Shown: positions 11,123 to 21,036 of the stretch, in pieces
Position numbering within the stretch: position 1 is the first letter of the stretch
How the letters are laid out: every line of letters starts with the position of its first letter
Source of the DNA: Bacillus subtilis subsp. subtilis str. 168
Lineage (GTDB): Bacteria > Bacillota > Bacilli > Bacillales > Bacillaceae
Assembly (NCBI RefSeq): GCF_000009045.1
Contig: NC_000964.3
Span: 1,736,001-1,800,000 of the forward strand
Reading direction: 5' to 3'
DNA: 64,000 bases
Made by a program: the position numbers and the translations under genes
The notes under the pieces: generated by a model
The model's input: the letters and a program-made list of their open reading frames with translations, nothing else
Told to the model about the DNA's origin: nothing
Databases searched by the model: none

Positions 11123-12337
11123 GTGAAGATAATTGTTCAAAAGTTCGGCGGAACATCAGTAAAAGATGATAAAGGCCGCAAACTGGCTTTAGGGCATATT
11201 AAAGAAGCAATCAGTGAAGGATATAAGGTTGTCGTTGTCGTTTCAGCGATGGGCCGAAAAGGGGACCCGTATGCAACAGATTCTTTGCTCGGGCTGCTTT
11301 ACGGCGATCAGTCAGCGATTTCTCCTAGGGAGCAGGATTTGCTTTTATCTTGCGGAGAGACTATTTCCTCTGTCGTCTTTACAAGCATGCTGCTTGATAA
11401 CGGTGTGAAAGCAGCTGCGCTGACAGGGGCTCAGGCTGGCTTTTTAACGAATGATCAGCATACTAATGCGAAAATCATTGAAATGAAACCGGAGCGTTTA
11501 TTCAGTGTGCTCGCCAATCATGATGCGGTAGTCGTCGCAGGCTTCCAGGGCGCAACTGAAAAGGGTGATACAACAACAATCGGCAGAGGGGGCAGCGATA
11601 CGTCTGCAGCCGCACTCGGAGCAGCTGTTGATGCGGAATACATCGATATTTTCACCGATGTAGAAGGCGTGATGACTGCTGACCCAAGAGTGGTAGAAAA
11701 TGCAAAACCGCTTCCTGTTGTGACGTATACGGAAATCTGCAACCTGGCGTATCAGGGGGCCAAGGTCATTTCTCCGCGTGCTGTGGAAATCGCAATGCAG
11801 GCCAAGGTTCCGATCCGCGTCCGTTCGACTTATTCGAATGATAAAGGCACATTGGTGACATCACATCACTCTTCCAAGGTCGGCAGTGATGTTTTTGAAA
11901 GGCTGATTACGGGAATCGCCCATGTCAAAGATGTCACGCAGTTCAAAGTGCCTGCGAAAATCGGCCAGTATAACGTTCAGACTGAAGTGTTCAAGGCTAT
12001 GGCAAACGCTGGAATCAGTGTCGATTTCTTTAACATTACACCTAGTGAAATCGTCTATACGGTAGCCGGAAATAAAACAGAAACAGCTCAGCGTATTTTA
12101 ATGGATATGGGCTATGATCCAATGGTGACGAGAAACTGCGCGAAGGTATCGGCGGTCGGCGCGGGCATTATGGGTGTTCCCGGTGTTACGTCCAAAATTG
12201 TATCGGCTCTTTCAGAAAAAGAAATTCCGATCCTTCAGTCGGCTGACAGCCATACGACGATATGGGTGCTCGTCCATGAAGCGGATATGGTTCCTGCTGT
12301 AAACGCTTTGCATGAAGTGTTTGAACTTTCGAAGTAA
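11123..12337 (+). CDS. dapG: Aspartokinase I
   Basis: VQKFGGTSV, GRGGSDTSA, TDVEGVMTADPR; C-terminal ACT domains. Confidence 0.96.
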   Translation: MKIIVQKFGGTSVKDDKGRKLALGHIKEAISEGYKVVVVVSAMGRKGDPYATDSLLGLLYGDQSAISPREQDLLLSCGETISSVVFTSMLLDNGVKAAALTGAQAGFLTNDQHTNAKIIEMKPERLFSVLANHDAVVVAGFQGATEKGDTTTIGRGGSDTSAAALGAAVDAEYIDIFTDVEGVMTADPRVVENAKPLPVVTYTEICNLAYQGAKVISPRAVEIAMQAKVPIRVRSTYSNDKGTLVTSHHSSKVGSDVFERLITGIAHVKDVTQFKVPAKIGQYNVQTEVFKAMANAGISVDFFNITPSEIVYTVAGNKTETAQRILMDMGYDPMVTRNCAKVSAVGAGIMGVPGVTSKIVSALSEKEIPILQSADSHTTIWVLVHEADMVPAVNALHEVFELSK

Positions 12338-12367
12338 ATGTGATTGAATCATGATGAGGTGAATAAA

Positions 12368-13240
12368 ATGAATTTCGGAAATGTGTCTACAGCGATGATT
12401 ACACCCTTTGACAATAAAGGGAACGTAGACTTTCAAAAACTGTCTACACTGATTGATTACTTGTTGAAAAACGGAACGGATTCTTTAGTAGTAGCGGGAA
12501 CAACTGGAGAATCTCCGACCCTTTCAACTGAAGAAAAAATTGCGCTTTTTGAATATACGGTAAAAGAAGTAAACGGACGGGTGCCCGTTATCGCTGGTAC
12601 TGGGAGCAACAACACGAAAGATTCCATTAAGCTGACAAAAAAAGCTGAGGAAGCGGGCGTGGACGCTGTTATGCTTGTTACCCCGTATTACAATAAACCT
12701 TCTCAAGAAGGAATGTACCAGCATTTTAAAGCAATTGCGGCAGAGACATCTCTTCCGGTTATGCTCTATAATGTTCCTGGCCGTACGGTTGCTTCTCTTG
12801 CTCCTGAAACGACGATCCGTTTGGCGGCAGACATTCCGAATGTGGTTGCGATTAAAGAAGCGAGCGGAGACCTCGAAGCGATTACAAAAATTATTGCTGA
12901 AACACCTGAAGACTTCTATGTCTATTCAGGGGATGATGCTCTAACGCTTCCAATTCTTTCAGTTGGAGGTAGAGGAGTTGTGTCAGTGGCGAGCCATATT
13001 GCAGGCACTGATATGCAGCAAATGATCAAAAATTATACGAATGGGCAAACAGCTAATGCGGCACTGATTCATCAGAAACTGCTGCCGATTATGAAGGAAC
13101 TGTTTAAAGCGCCTAATCCTGCTCCAGTCAAAACAGCGCTTCAGCTGAGAGGTCTTGATGTCGGTTCTGTGCGTCTGCCTCTAGTCCCATTAACTGAGGA
13201 TGAACGTCTGAGCTTAAGCAGCACGATCAGCGAACTGTAA
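12368..13240 (+). CDS. dapA: 4-hydroxy-tetrahydrodipicolinate synthase
   Basis: GTTGES, YNVPGRT, IKEAS Schiff-base Lys, SGDD. Confidence 0.98.
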   Translation: MNFGNVSTAMITPFDNKGNVDFQKLSTLIDYLLKNGTDSLVVAGTTGESPTLSTEEKIALFEYTVKEVNGRVPVIAGTGSNNTKDSIKLTKKAEEAGVDAVMLVTPYYNKPSQEGMYQHFKAIAAETSLPVMLYNVPGRTVASLAPETTIRLAADIPNVVAIKEASGDLEAITKIIAETPEDFYVYSGDDALTLPILSVGGRGVVSVASHIAGTDMQQMIKNYTNGQTANAALIHQKLLPIMKELFKAPNPAPVKTALQLRGLDVGSVRLPLVPLTEDERLSLSSTISEL

Positions 13241-13261
13241 GAAAATTTCATACAGTGAAAC

Positions 13262-13306
13262 AAACGCGGTCATTCTCACATTCAGCTGAGTTTGACCGTT
13301 TCTTTT
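13262..13306 (+). terminator. Terminator after dapA
   Basis: AAACG(C)GGTCA...TGACCGTTT-CTTTT. Confidence 0.6.
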
Positions 13307-13417
13307 ACATATTGGTTTTCCCTAAACCTTCTGCTTTATCTTGTTTTCTAAATTTACTTTCAGTTATAATAGGAACAAGTGATGATGGACGGGTATGAGA
13401 CTAGGAGGATATAGATT

Positions 13418-15085
13418 TTGAAAAAGAAAAATACAGAAAACGTTAGAATTATCGCCCTTGGCGGTGTCGGAGAGATTGGGAAGAACCTTTATGTCATTGA
13501 AATTGACTCAGACATATTTGTCGTTGATGCCGGCCTTATGCATCCAGAAAACGAAATGCTCGGTATTGATGTAGTGATTCCTGACATATCATATTTGATT
13601 GAACGGGCTGACCGCGTCAAGGCAATCTTTTTAACGCACGGGCACGATGAAAATATCGGCGGCGTTTTTTACTTATTAAACAAGCTGTCCGTTCCAGTGT
13701 ACGGAACAAAACTGACGCTTGCACTGTTAAGAGAGAAATTAAAACAATACGGACATAACCGAAAAACTGATTTAAGAGAAATTCACTCCAAATCTGTCAT
13801 TACATTTGAATCAACAAAGGTATCGTTCTTTAGAACGATTCACAGCATTCCTGATTCTGTAGGTGTGAGCTTTAAAACATCACTTGGATCTATTGTATGC
13901 ACGGGAGACTTCAAATTTGACCAAACACCTGCACTTAATCAGACGTGCGACATTGGCGAGATCGCCAAGATCGGCAATAGCGGCGTGCTCGCTCTGCTTT
14001 CTGACAGTGCAAATGCGGAACGGCCGGGTTACACCCCTTCGGAAGCGGCTGTCAGCGGAGAAATTTCGGATGCGCTGTATAATTCACAGAACCGGGTGAT
14101 TATTGCTGTTTTCGCATCCAATATTAACCGGATTCAGCAAGTCATTCATGCAGCGGCTCAAAATGGCAGAAAGATTGCCGTAGCCGGAAAAAATCTTCAA
14201 TCTGTCCTGCAGCTGGCGAGAAAGTTAGGATATATTGAAGCAGATGATGAATTGTTTATTTCTGTACAGGATGTCAAAAAATATCCGAAGCGCGAAGTGG
14301 CCATTATTACAGCCGGAAGCCAAGGTGAACCATTAGCTGCTTTGACAAGAATGGCAAACAAAGCTCACAAACAGCTGAACATTGAAGAAGGGGATACGGT
14401 GGTCATTGCGTCAACTCCGATTCCCGGGCAGGAACTCATTTACTCTAAAACAGTAGATCTTCTTGCGAGAGCCGGTGCACAAGTCATCTTTGCCCAAAAG
14501 CGTGTTCATGTATCAGGCCACGGCTCACAAGAAGAGTTAAAGCTGATGATCAACCTGCTTAAACCAAAATATTTGATTCCTGTAAACGGCGAATACAGAA
14601 TGCAAAAAGCTCATTCAAAAATCGCTGAAGAAACCGGCATGAAGCGCAGTGACATCTTCTTAATTGAAAAAGGCGACGTCGTTGAATTCCGCGGCCAAAA
14701 CGTAAAAATTGGGGATAAAGTTCCTTACGGCAATATTTTAATTGATGGTTTAGGTGTCGGTGATATCGGCAATATCGTATTGAGAGACCGCCGCTTGCTT
14801 TCACAGGACGGAATTTTAATCGTTGTCATTACACTTGATAAACAAAAGAAACATCTTGTATCAGGACCAGAAATTATCACTCGCGGCTTTGTTTATGTAA
14901 GAGAGTCTGAAGGTCTTATCGTACAGGCTACTGAGCTTGTACGGTCCATCGTGACAGAAGCGACTGAAACATCAAATGTCGAATGGTCAACGCTGAAGCA
15001 GGCAATGCGGGATGCTTTGAACCAATTCCTTTATGAAAAAACGAAACGTAAACCGATGATCATCCCAATTATTATGGAAGTATAA
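13418..15085 (+). CDS. rnjB: Ribonuclease J2
   Basis: ALGGVGEIGKN, degenerate THGHDEN motif, GDFKFD, HVSGHG; beta-CASP fold. Confidence 0.95.
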   Translation: MKKKNTENVRIIALGGVGEIGKNLYVIEIDSDIFVVDAGLMHPENEMLGIDVVIPDISYLIERADRVKAIFLTHGHDENIGGVFYLLNKLSVPVYGTKLTLALLREKLKQYGHNRKTDLREIHSKSVITFESTKVSFFRTIHSIPDSVGVSFKTSLGSIVCTGDFKFDQTPALNQTCDIGEIAKIGNSGVLALLSDSANAERPGYTPSEAAVSGEISDALYNSQNRVIIAVFASNINRIQQVIHAAAQNGRKIAVAGKNLQSVLQLARKLGYIEADDELFISVQDVKKYPKREVAIITAGSQGEPLAALTRMANKAHKQLNIEEGDTVVIASTPIPGQELIYSKTVDLLARAGAQVIFAQKRVHVSGHGSQEELKLMINLLKPKYLIPVNGEYRMQKAHSKIAEETGMKRSDIFLIEKGDVVEFRGQNVKIGDKVPYGNILIDGLGVGDIGNIVLRDRRLLSQDGILIVVITLDKQKKHLVSGPEIITRGFVYVRESEGLIVQATELVRSIVTEATETSNVEWSTLKQAMRDALNQFLYEKTKRKPMIIPIIMEV

Positions 15086-15094
15086 TGACTGACT

Positions 15095-15126
15095 AAAGAC
15101 CGGAGCTGCTCCGGTCTTTATTTTTT
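15095..15126 (+). terminator. Terminator after rnjB
   Basis: AAAGACCGGAG-CTG-CTCCGGTCTTT-ATTTTTT. Confidence 0.88.
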
Positions 15127-15139
15127 GTCCTTCAAGCCG

Positions 15140-15169
15140 GGATTGAATGAAGTATCTTTGTTCATAATA
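15140..15169 (+). promoter_or_regulatory. Putative SigG promoter of tepA-ylzJ
   Basis: GGATT-18 bp-CATAATA resembles GNATR-N18-CATNNTA. Confidence 0.6.
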
Positions 15170-15200
15170 CAAAGAGAAACTCGGAAAGGATGAAAGCGAG

Positions 15201-15938
15201 ATGGATCATCGTATGGAAAACACAGAAGAAGAGCGTCCTGAAAAAAATGATGCGAAGGACAGCATTATGAATAAAATACAGCAGCTTGGTGAAACGACGC
15301 TTCCGCAGCTGCCCCAAGATACAAATATTCATTGTCTGACCATTATCGGACAAATTGAAGGCCATGTTCAGCTTCCTCCGCAAAACAAAACAACAAAATA
15401 TGAACATGTCATCCCGCAGATTGTGGCAATTGAACAAAATCCCAAAATTGAAGGCTTGCTGATCATATTAAATACTGTCGGAGGAGATGTTGAAGCTGGT
15501 CTTGCCATAGCGGAAATGCTTGCATCTTTATCGAAACCGACCGTTTCTATCGTGCTTGGCGGGGGGCATTCAATCGGCGTTCCGATTGCTGTATCCTGTG
15601 ATTACAGCTATATCGCCGAAACAGCAACGATGACGATTCATCCAGTTAGGCTCACCGGGCTGGTCATCGGGGTGCCGCAAACGTTTGAATACCTGGATAA
15701 GATGCAAGAAAGAGTTGTTAAATTTGTGACAAGCCATTCCAATATAACCGAAGAGAAGTTTAAAGAGCTAATGTTTTCAAAAGGAAACTTAACACGCGAT
15801 ATCGGAACAAATGTAGTCGGTAAGGATGCAGTTAAATACGGATTGATCGATCACGCAGGCGGTGTCGGACAGGCAATCAATAAACTGAATGAGCTCATCG
15901 ATGAAGCAAGGAAAGAAGAAGGACGGATGATTCAATGA
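15201..15938 (+). CDS. tepA: ClpP-like protease TepA
   Basis: [14 protein letters not shown] catalytic Ser, MTIHP. Confidence 0.93.
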
Positions 15939-16147
15939 TTCTTTATACCGTGATGCCTCAGGAAATTGTGTTTGCAGAACAGAACCAAGAGACAAGCGCA
16001 CATGAGCAAATTGAATATAAAGGTGTACCGCTTCTAGTCGAAATGAAAGGGAATGAAGCGGAAGTCATTCAAATCATGAGCACCAATCCAATGCATTTTC
16101 TGCATCCGGACATTTCACCGGGACAAAAGCTGAAATTAAACGTATAA
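15935..16147 (+). CDS. ylzJ: YlzJ-like small protein
   Basis: [13 protein letters not shown]...[10 protein letters not shown]; ATGA overlap with tepA stop. Confidence 0.88.
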
Positions 16148-16176
16148 GAATCCAACCCTTTTTTAAGGGCAAAATA

Positions 16177-16185
16177 TGCTATAAT
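16177..16185 (+). promoter_or_regulatory. Extended -10 SigA element upstream of spoIIIE
   Basis: TGCTATAAT; no good -35 at 17 bp. Confidence 0.6.
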
Positions 16186-16277
16186 AGGGGAATCCTACAG
16201 AAAAAACGCAGCCTGTAAACGGCTGCTTTCTTCATTATGTATGAACTTACATTTTTTAACGCAGTAAGGTGATGAGT

Positions 16278-18641
16278 GTGGCAAAGAAAAAACGAAAATC
16301 AAGAAAAAAACAGGCGAAACAGCTCAATATAAAATACGAGCTCAACGGATTGCTGTGTATAGCCATTTCAATTATCGCAATCTTGCAGCTGGGGGTAGTC
16401 GGGCAAACGTTTATCTATTTGTTCCGCTTTTTTGCTGGAGAGTGGTTTATTTTATGCTTGTTAGGTTTATTGGTGTTAGGAGTCTCACTGTTTTGGAAGA
16501 AAAAAACCCCAAGCCTTTTAACGAGACGAAAGGCCGGGTTGTACTGTATTATCGCAAGCATATTGCTGCTTTCTCACGTGCAGCTATTTAAAAATTTGAC
16601 GCACAAAGGGTCTATTGAGTCTGCAAGCGTGGTGCGCAATACGTGGGAATTGTTTTTAATGGACATGAATGGCAGCTCTGCTTCACCTGATTTAGGCGGA
16701 GGGATGATCGGTGCGCTGCTGTTTGCGGCTTCACACTTTTTGTTTGCGTCGACTGGTTCTCAGATCATGGCAATTGTCATGATTTTGATCGGAATGATTT
16801 TAGTAACAGGACGCTCGCTGCAAGAAACGCTAAAAAAGTGGATGAGCCCGATTGGACGTTTTATAAAAGAACAATGGTTAGCATTTATTGATGACATGAA
16901 ATCCTTCAAATCAAATATGCAGTCATCGAAAAAAACGAAAGCGCCGAGCAAAAAACAAAAACCGGCCCGCAAAAAACAGCAAATGGAACCGGAGCCTCCT
17001 GATGAAGAGGGGGATTATGAAACAGTATCGCCTCTTATTCATTCAGAGCCGATTATCTCAAGCTTTTCTGATCGTAATGAAGAGGAAGAGTCTCCAGTTA
17101 TAGAAAAGCGCGCCGAACCTGTGTCGAAGCCGCTTCAGGACATCCAACCGGAGACAGGTGATCAGGAAACTGTTTCTGCTCCTCCTATGACCTTTACAGA
17201 GCTCGAAAATAAGGATTACGAGATGCCGTCACTGGATTTGCTGGCAGATCCGAAGCATACCGGCCAGCAGGCTGATAAAAAGAATATTTATGAAAATGCG
17301 AGAAAGCTTGAACGCACATTCCAAAGCTTTGGCGTAAAGGCGAAAGTCACACAGGTTCATCTCGGACCGGCCGTAACAAAATATGAAGTATATCCTGATG
17401 TCGGAGTGAAGGTTAGCAAAATTGTCAATTTAAGCGATGATTTAGCGCTTGCGCTTGCTGCGAAGGATATCAGGATCGAAGCGCCTATACCAGGCAAATC
17501 AGCAATCGGAATTGAAGTTCCAAACGCAGAAGTGGCAATGGTTTCGCTGAAAGAAGTGCTGGAGTCTAAATTGAATGACAGACCGGATGCGAAGCTGTTA
17601 ATTGGACTCGGCCGCAATATTTCAGGTGAAGCTGTATTGGCTGAGTTAAACAAGATGCCCCACCTTTTGGTCGCAGGCGCAACCGGTAGCGGGAAAAGTG
17701 TCTGTGTCAACGGCATTATTACAAGTATTTTAATGCGGGCGAAACCGCATGAAGTGAAAATGATGATGATCGATCCTAAAATGGTAGAGCTAAATGTCTA
17801 CAACGGGATTCCGCATTTGCTTGCTCCTGTTGTAACCGATCCGAAAAAAGCGTCGCAGGCTTTGAAAAAGGTTGTCAATGAAATGGAGCGGCGGTACGAA
17901 TTATTTTCTCATACGGGTACAAGAAATATTGAAGGATACAATGATTATATAAAACGCGCCAACAATGAAGAAGGAGCGAAACAGCCAGAGCTGCCTTATA
18001 TTGTTGTCATTGTGGACGAGCTAGCCGATCTCATGATGGTCGCTTCATCTGATGTGGAAGATTCGATTACGAGATTGTCCCAAATGGCGCGGGCTGCCGG
18101 CATCCATCTTATTATTGCGACACAGCGGCCATCGGTGGATGTTATCACAGGGGTGATCAAAGCGAACATTCCGTCACGAATCGCGTTCAGCGTATCTTCA
18201 CAGACGGATTCAAGGACCATTCTTGACATGGGTGGCGCTGAGAAGCTTCTTGGCCGCGGCGATATGCTGTTTTTACCTGTAGGGGCTAACAAACCTGTCC
18301 GTGTGCAGGGAGCATTTTTGTCGGATGACGAAGTGGAGAAGGTCGTCGACCATGTGATTACTCAGCAGAAAGCGCAATATCAAGAAGAAATGATTCCTGA
18401 GGAGACGACGGAAACTCATTCCGAGGTTACTGATGAACTTTATGATGAAGCTGTTGAATTAATCGTCGGCATGCAGACGGCATCTGTTTCAATGCTGCAA
18501 AGAAGATTCAGAATTGGCTATACGAGAGCGGCGCGCCTGATTGACGCAATGGAGGAACGCGGTGTTGTCGGACCGTATGAAGGCAGCAAACCTAGGGAAG
18601 TATTATTATCAAAAGAGAAATATGATGAGCTCTCTTCTTAA
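16278..18641 (+). CDS. spoIIIE: FtsK/SpoIIIE DNA translocase
   Basis: N-terminal TM domain, Walker [19 protein letters not shown], gamma domain [15 protein letters not shown]; GTG 16278 chosen by SD spacing (16269/16272 in frame). Confidence 0.97.
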   Translation: MAKKKRKSRKKQAKQLNIKYELNGLLCIAISIIAILQLGVVGQTFIYLFRFFAGEWFILCLLGLLVLGVSLFWKKKTPSLLTRRKAGLYCIIASILLLSHVQLFKNLTHKGSIESASVVRNTWELFLMDMNGSSASPDLGGGMIGALLFAASHFLFASTGSQIMAIVMILIGMILVTGRSLQETLKKWMSPIGRFIKEQWLAFIDDMKSFKSNMQSSKKTKAPSKKQKPARKKQQMEPEPPDEEGDYETVSPLIHSEPIISSFSDRNEEEESPVIEKRAEPVSKPLQDIQPETGDQETVSAPPMTFTELENKDYEMPSLDLLADPKHTGQQADKKNIYENARKLERTFQSFGVKAKVTQVHLGPAVTKYEVYPDVGVKVSKIVNLSDDLALALAAKDIRIEAPIPGKSAIGIEVPNAEVAMVSLKEVLESKLNDRPDAKLLIGLGRNISGEAVLAELNKMPHLLVAGATGSGKSVCVNGIITSILMRAKPHEVKMMMIDPKMVELNVYNGIPHLLAPVVTDPKKASQALKKVVNEMERRYELFSHTGTRNIEGYNDYIKRANNEEGAKQPELPYIVVIVDELADLMMVASSDVEDSITRLSQMARAAGIHLIIATQRPSVDVITGVIKANIPSRIAFSVSSQTDSRTILDMGGAEKLLGRGDMLFLPVGANKPVRVQGAFLSDDEVEKVVDHVITQQKAQYQEEMIPEETTETHSEVTDELYDEAVELIVGMQTASVSMLQRRFRIGYTRAARLIDAMEERGVVGPYEGSKPREVLLSKEKYDELSS

Positions 18642-18784
18642 TGAAGGGAGTTCCGCTTTCTATAGTTGTCAATAATGATATTATGTAAACTGATCACCTT
18701 TCTATTTATTTTTTCGACAAAACATGATATAGTTGTCCCAATTGTTCAATAATTTTTATCGAAAGTGGTTTACGGAGGGGAAAC

Positions 18785-19510
18785 ATGTCTACAAAAGCTG
18801 ATAATCGGCACTTGTATTTGAAAGTAATTGAACGAATTAAAGAGGATATAAAAAATGGGATCTACACTGAGAAGGAAAAGCTGCCTTCTGAATTTGAGCT
18901 TTCCAAAAAGCTTGGTGTCAGCAGAGCGACGCTAAGAGAAGCCTTGCGGATACTGGAAGAAGAGCATGTGATTATCAGAAGGCATGGTGTAGGCACTTTT
19001 GTCCATTCTAAGCCGTTATTTCTTTCGGGTATTGAACAGCTGAACAGTGTAACCAAGATGATAGAACAGGCGAATATGACCCCTGGCACGATTTTTCTAT
19101 CATCACAAGTGCTTATGCCGTCTGAAGATGATACGAAGAGATTTCACTTGGCAGAAGGGCAAGAACTTTTTTACCTTGAACGAGTCAGGACAGCTGACGG
19201 ACAGCCGATTGTGTATTGTATAGACAAAATTCCGATGAATATTTTGCCGAATTCTTTTTCTCATCAGCAAGAATCTATGTTTGACCTGCTAGAGAAAAAT
19301 TCAGGCTCCGTAATCAGCTATGCAGTAACTGATATAGAACCGATCGGCTATCACGATACCATTTCTCCAGTGCTTGAATGCGATCCGGAAACAGCTCTTT
19401 TGCTGTTAAAACAAACCCATTACGATCAGCACGATAAACCGGTGCTTTATTCTTTAAATTATTTTAGAGCGGATAAATTCAGATTTCATGTTTTGCGTAA
19501 ACGATTCTAA
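18785..19510 (+). CDS. ymfC: GntR/HutC-type transcriptional regulator (wHTH + UTRA)
   Basis: [31 protein letters not shown]; C-terminal UTRA-like domain. Confidence 0.9.
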
Positions 19511-19540
19511 AAACGGACGCCTGTATGTGTCTGTTTTTTT
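19509..19540 (+). terminator. Terminator-like hairpin after ymfC
   Basis: AAAACGGAC...GTCTGTTTT-TTT (with G-U pair). Confidence 0.55.
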
Positions 19541-19648
19541 ATTTGCACTGATTCATGTTTCTTTGTACATACTTTCATTCCGGTTAACGCAATATATAAG
19601 GGATGACAAGAAAGTGAATGGGTGAAAATGTTGAGAGAGAAAAATGGA

Positions 19649-20857
19649 ATGAAAAATATTATTGCATTGTCTTCTGTCCCGCTTGTGATGACACTCGGGA
19701 ACTCCATGCTGATTCCTGTTCTTCCGATGATGGAGAAAAAGCTGTCTGTGACTTCATTTCAAGTATCTTTAATCATTACTGTATATTCAGTAGTAGCAAT
19801 TATTTGCATTCCGATTGCCGGATATTTGTCGGATCGTTTCGGGAGAAAAAAAATATTGCTTCCATGCCTCCTCATTGCAGGATTGGGGGGAGCCGTAGCT
19901 GCTTTTGCCTCGACCTATATGAAAAATCCTTATGCTATGATCTTGGCGGGGCGGGTTCTTCAAGGCATTGGTTCTGCAGGTGCCGCTCCGATTGTCATGC
20001 CGTTTATCGGCGACCTGTTTAAAGGAGACGATGAAAAGGTCAGCGCGGGTCTTGGCGATATTGAAACCGCCAACACGTCAGGGAAGGTACTGAGTCCCAT
20101 ACTTGGAGCCTTACTGGCTTCTTGGTATTGGTTTGTACCGTTTTGGTTTATTCCGTTTTTCTGTTTGATCAGCTTTTTGCTCGTATTGTTTTTGGTGGCC
20201 AAGCCTGAAGAAGATGAAGATGCGCCTGCTGTTTCTGAGTTTATTAAGAGTGTGAAGAAAATTTTTAAACAGGATGGTCGCTGGCTTTATACGGTCTTCA
20301 TTATCGGGTGTGTCATTATGTTTTTGTTATTTGGCGTATTATTTTATTTATCAGATACGCTGGAGAACAAGTATGCTATTGACGGAGTAGCTAAAGGCGG
20401 ATTACTGGCAATCCCACTTTTGTTTTTGTCAACCAGTTCTTTTATAGCTGGCAAAAAGATCGGTAAAGATAAAGGCCGAATGAAATTTTGCGTTGTTACA
20501 GGAATGATTCTGTTAACCCTTTCGTTTATTGCCTTGTGGTGGAACCACAGTTTTTATTTTTTATTTGTCTTTTTAAGCTTTGGCGGGATTGGGATTGGAA
20601 TGGCTCTTCCTGCTTTAGATGCATTGATAACCGAAGGGATTGAAAGTGAACAATGCGGAACCATTTCCTCCTTTTACAATAGCATGCGCTTTATAGGAGT
20701 AGCTCTCGGTCCACCTGTTTTTGCTGCATTAATGTCTAATGCAAACTGGATTATTTTCATACTCTCGGCGTTTTGCAGCATCGTTTCTTTATTTTTAGTG
20801 CTCTTTACTGTAGATGCTAAAAAAAGTGAAGAAGAAAAAAACTTAGGGACGGTCTAG
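19649..20857 (+). CDS. ymfD: MFS exporter (described as bacillibactin exporter)
   Basis: About 12 TM segments; GYLSDRFGRKK motif A; start MKNIIAL estimated; substrate from recollected literature. Confidence 0.85.
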   Translation: MKNIIALSSVPLVMTLGNSMLIPVLPMMEKKLSVTSFQVSLIITVYSVVAIICIPIAGYLSDRFGRKKILLPCLLIAGLGGAVAAFASTYMKNPYAMILAGRVLQGIGSAGAAPIVMPFIGDLFKGDDEKVSAGLGDIETANTSGKVLSPILGALLASWYWFVPFWFIPFFCLISFLLVLFLVAKPEEDEDAPAVSEFIKSVKKIFKQDGRWLYTVFIIGCVIMFLLFGVLFYLSDTLENKYAIDGVAKGGLLAIPLLFLSTSSFIAGKKIGKDKGRMKFCVVTGMILLTLSFIALWWNHSFYFLFVFLSFGGIGIGMALPALDALITEGIESEQCGTISSFYNSMRFIGVALGPPVFAALMSNANWIIFILSAFCSIVSLFLVLFTVDAKKSEEEKNLGTV

Positions 20858-20947
20858 CCAGCCGTCTTTTTTTGCGCTTTCTTGCACAGTTTACAACTGT
20901 ACCTATACAGCATGCGGAGGTTATTGTTTCCTTATAAATCCTACAGT

Positions 20948-20956
20948 TGCTATAAT
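20948..20956 (+). promoter_or_regulatory. Extended -10 SigA element upstream of ymfF
   Basis: TGCTATAAT. Confidence 0.55.
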
Positions 20957-21036
20957 TACATGAAAGAGTGTTTCTGCGGATGCTGAAAATTGGTCATAAT
21001 ACATACTAATTAAGAAATGAACGAAGGAGGTTCCAT

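Noticed and set aside
19543-19610. Possible MerR-type (Mta) promoter or operator for ymfD
   Set aside because: No convincing inverted repeat within a 19-bp spacer could be identified by eye.
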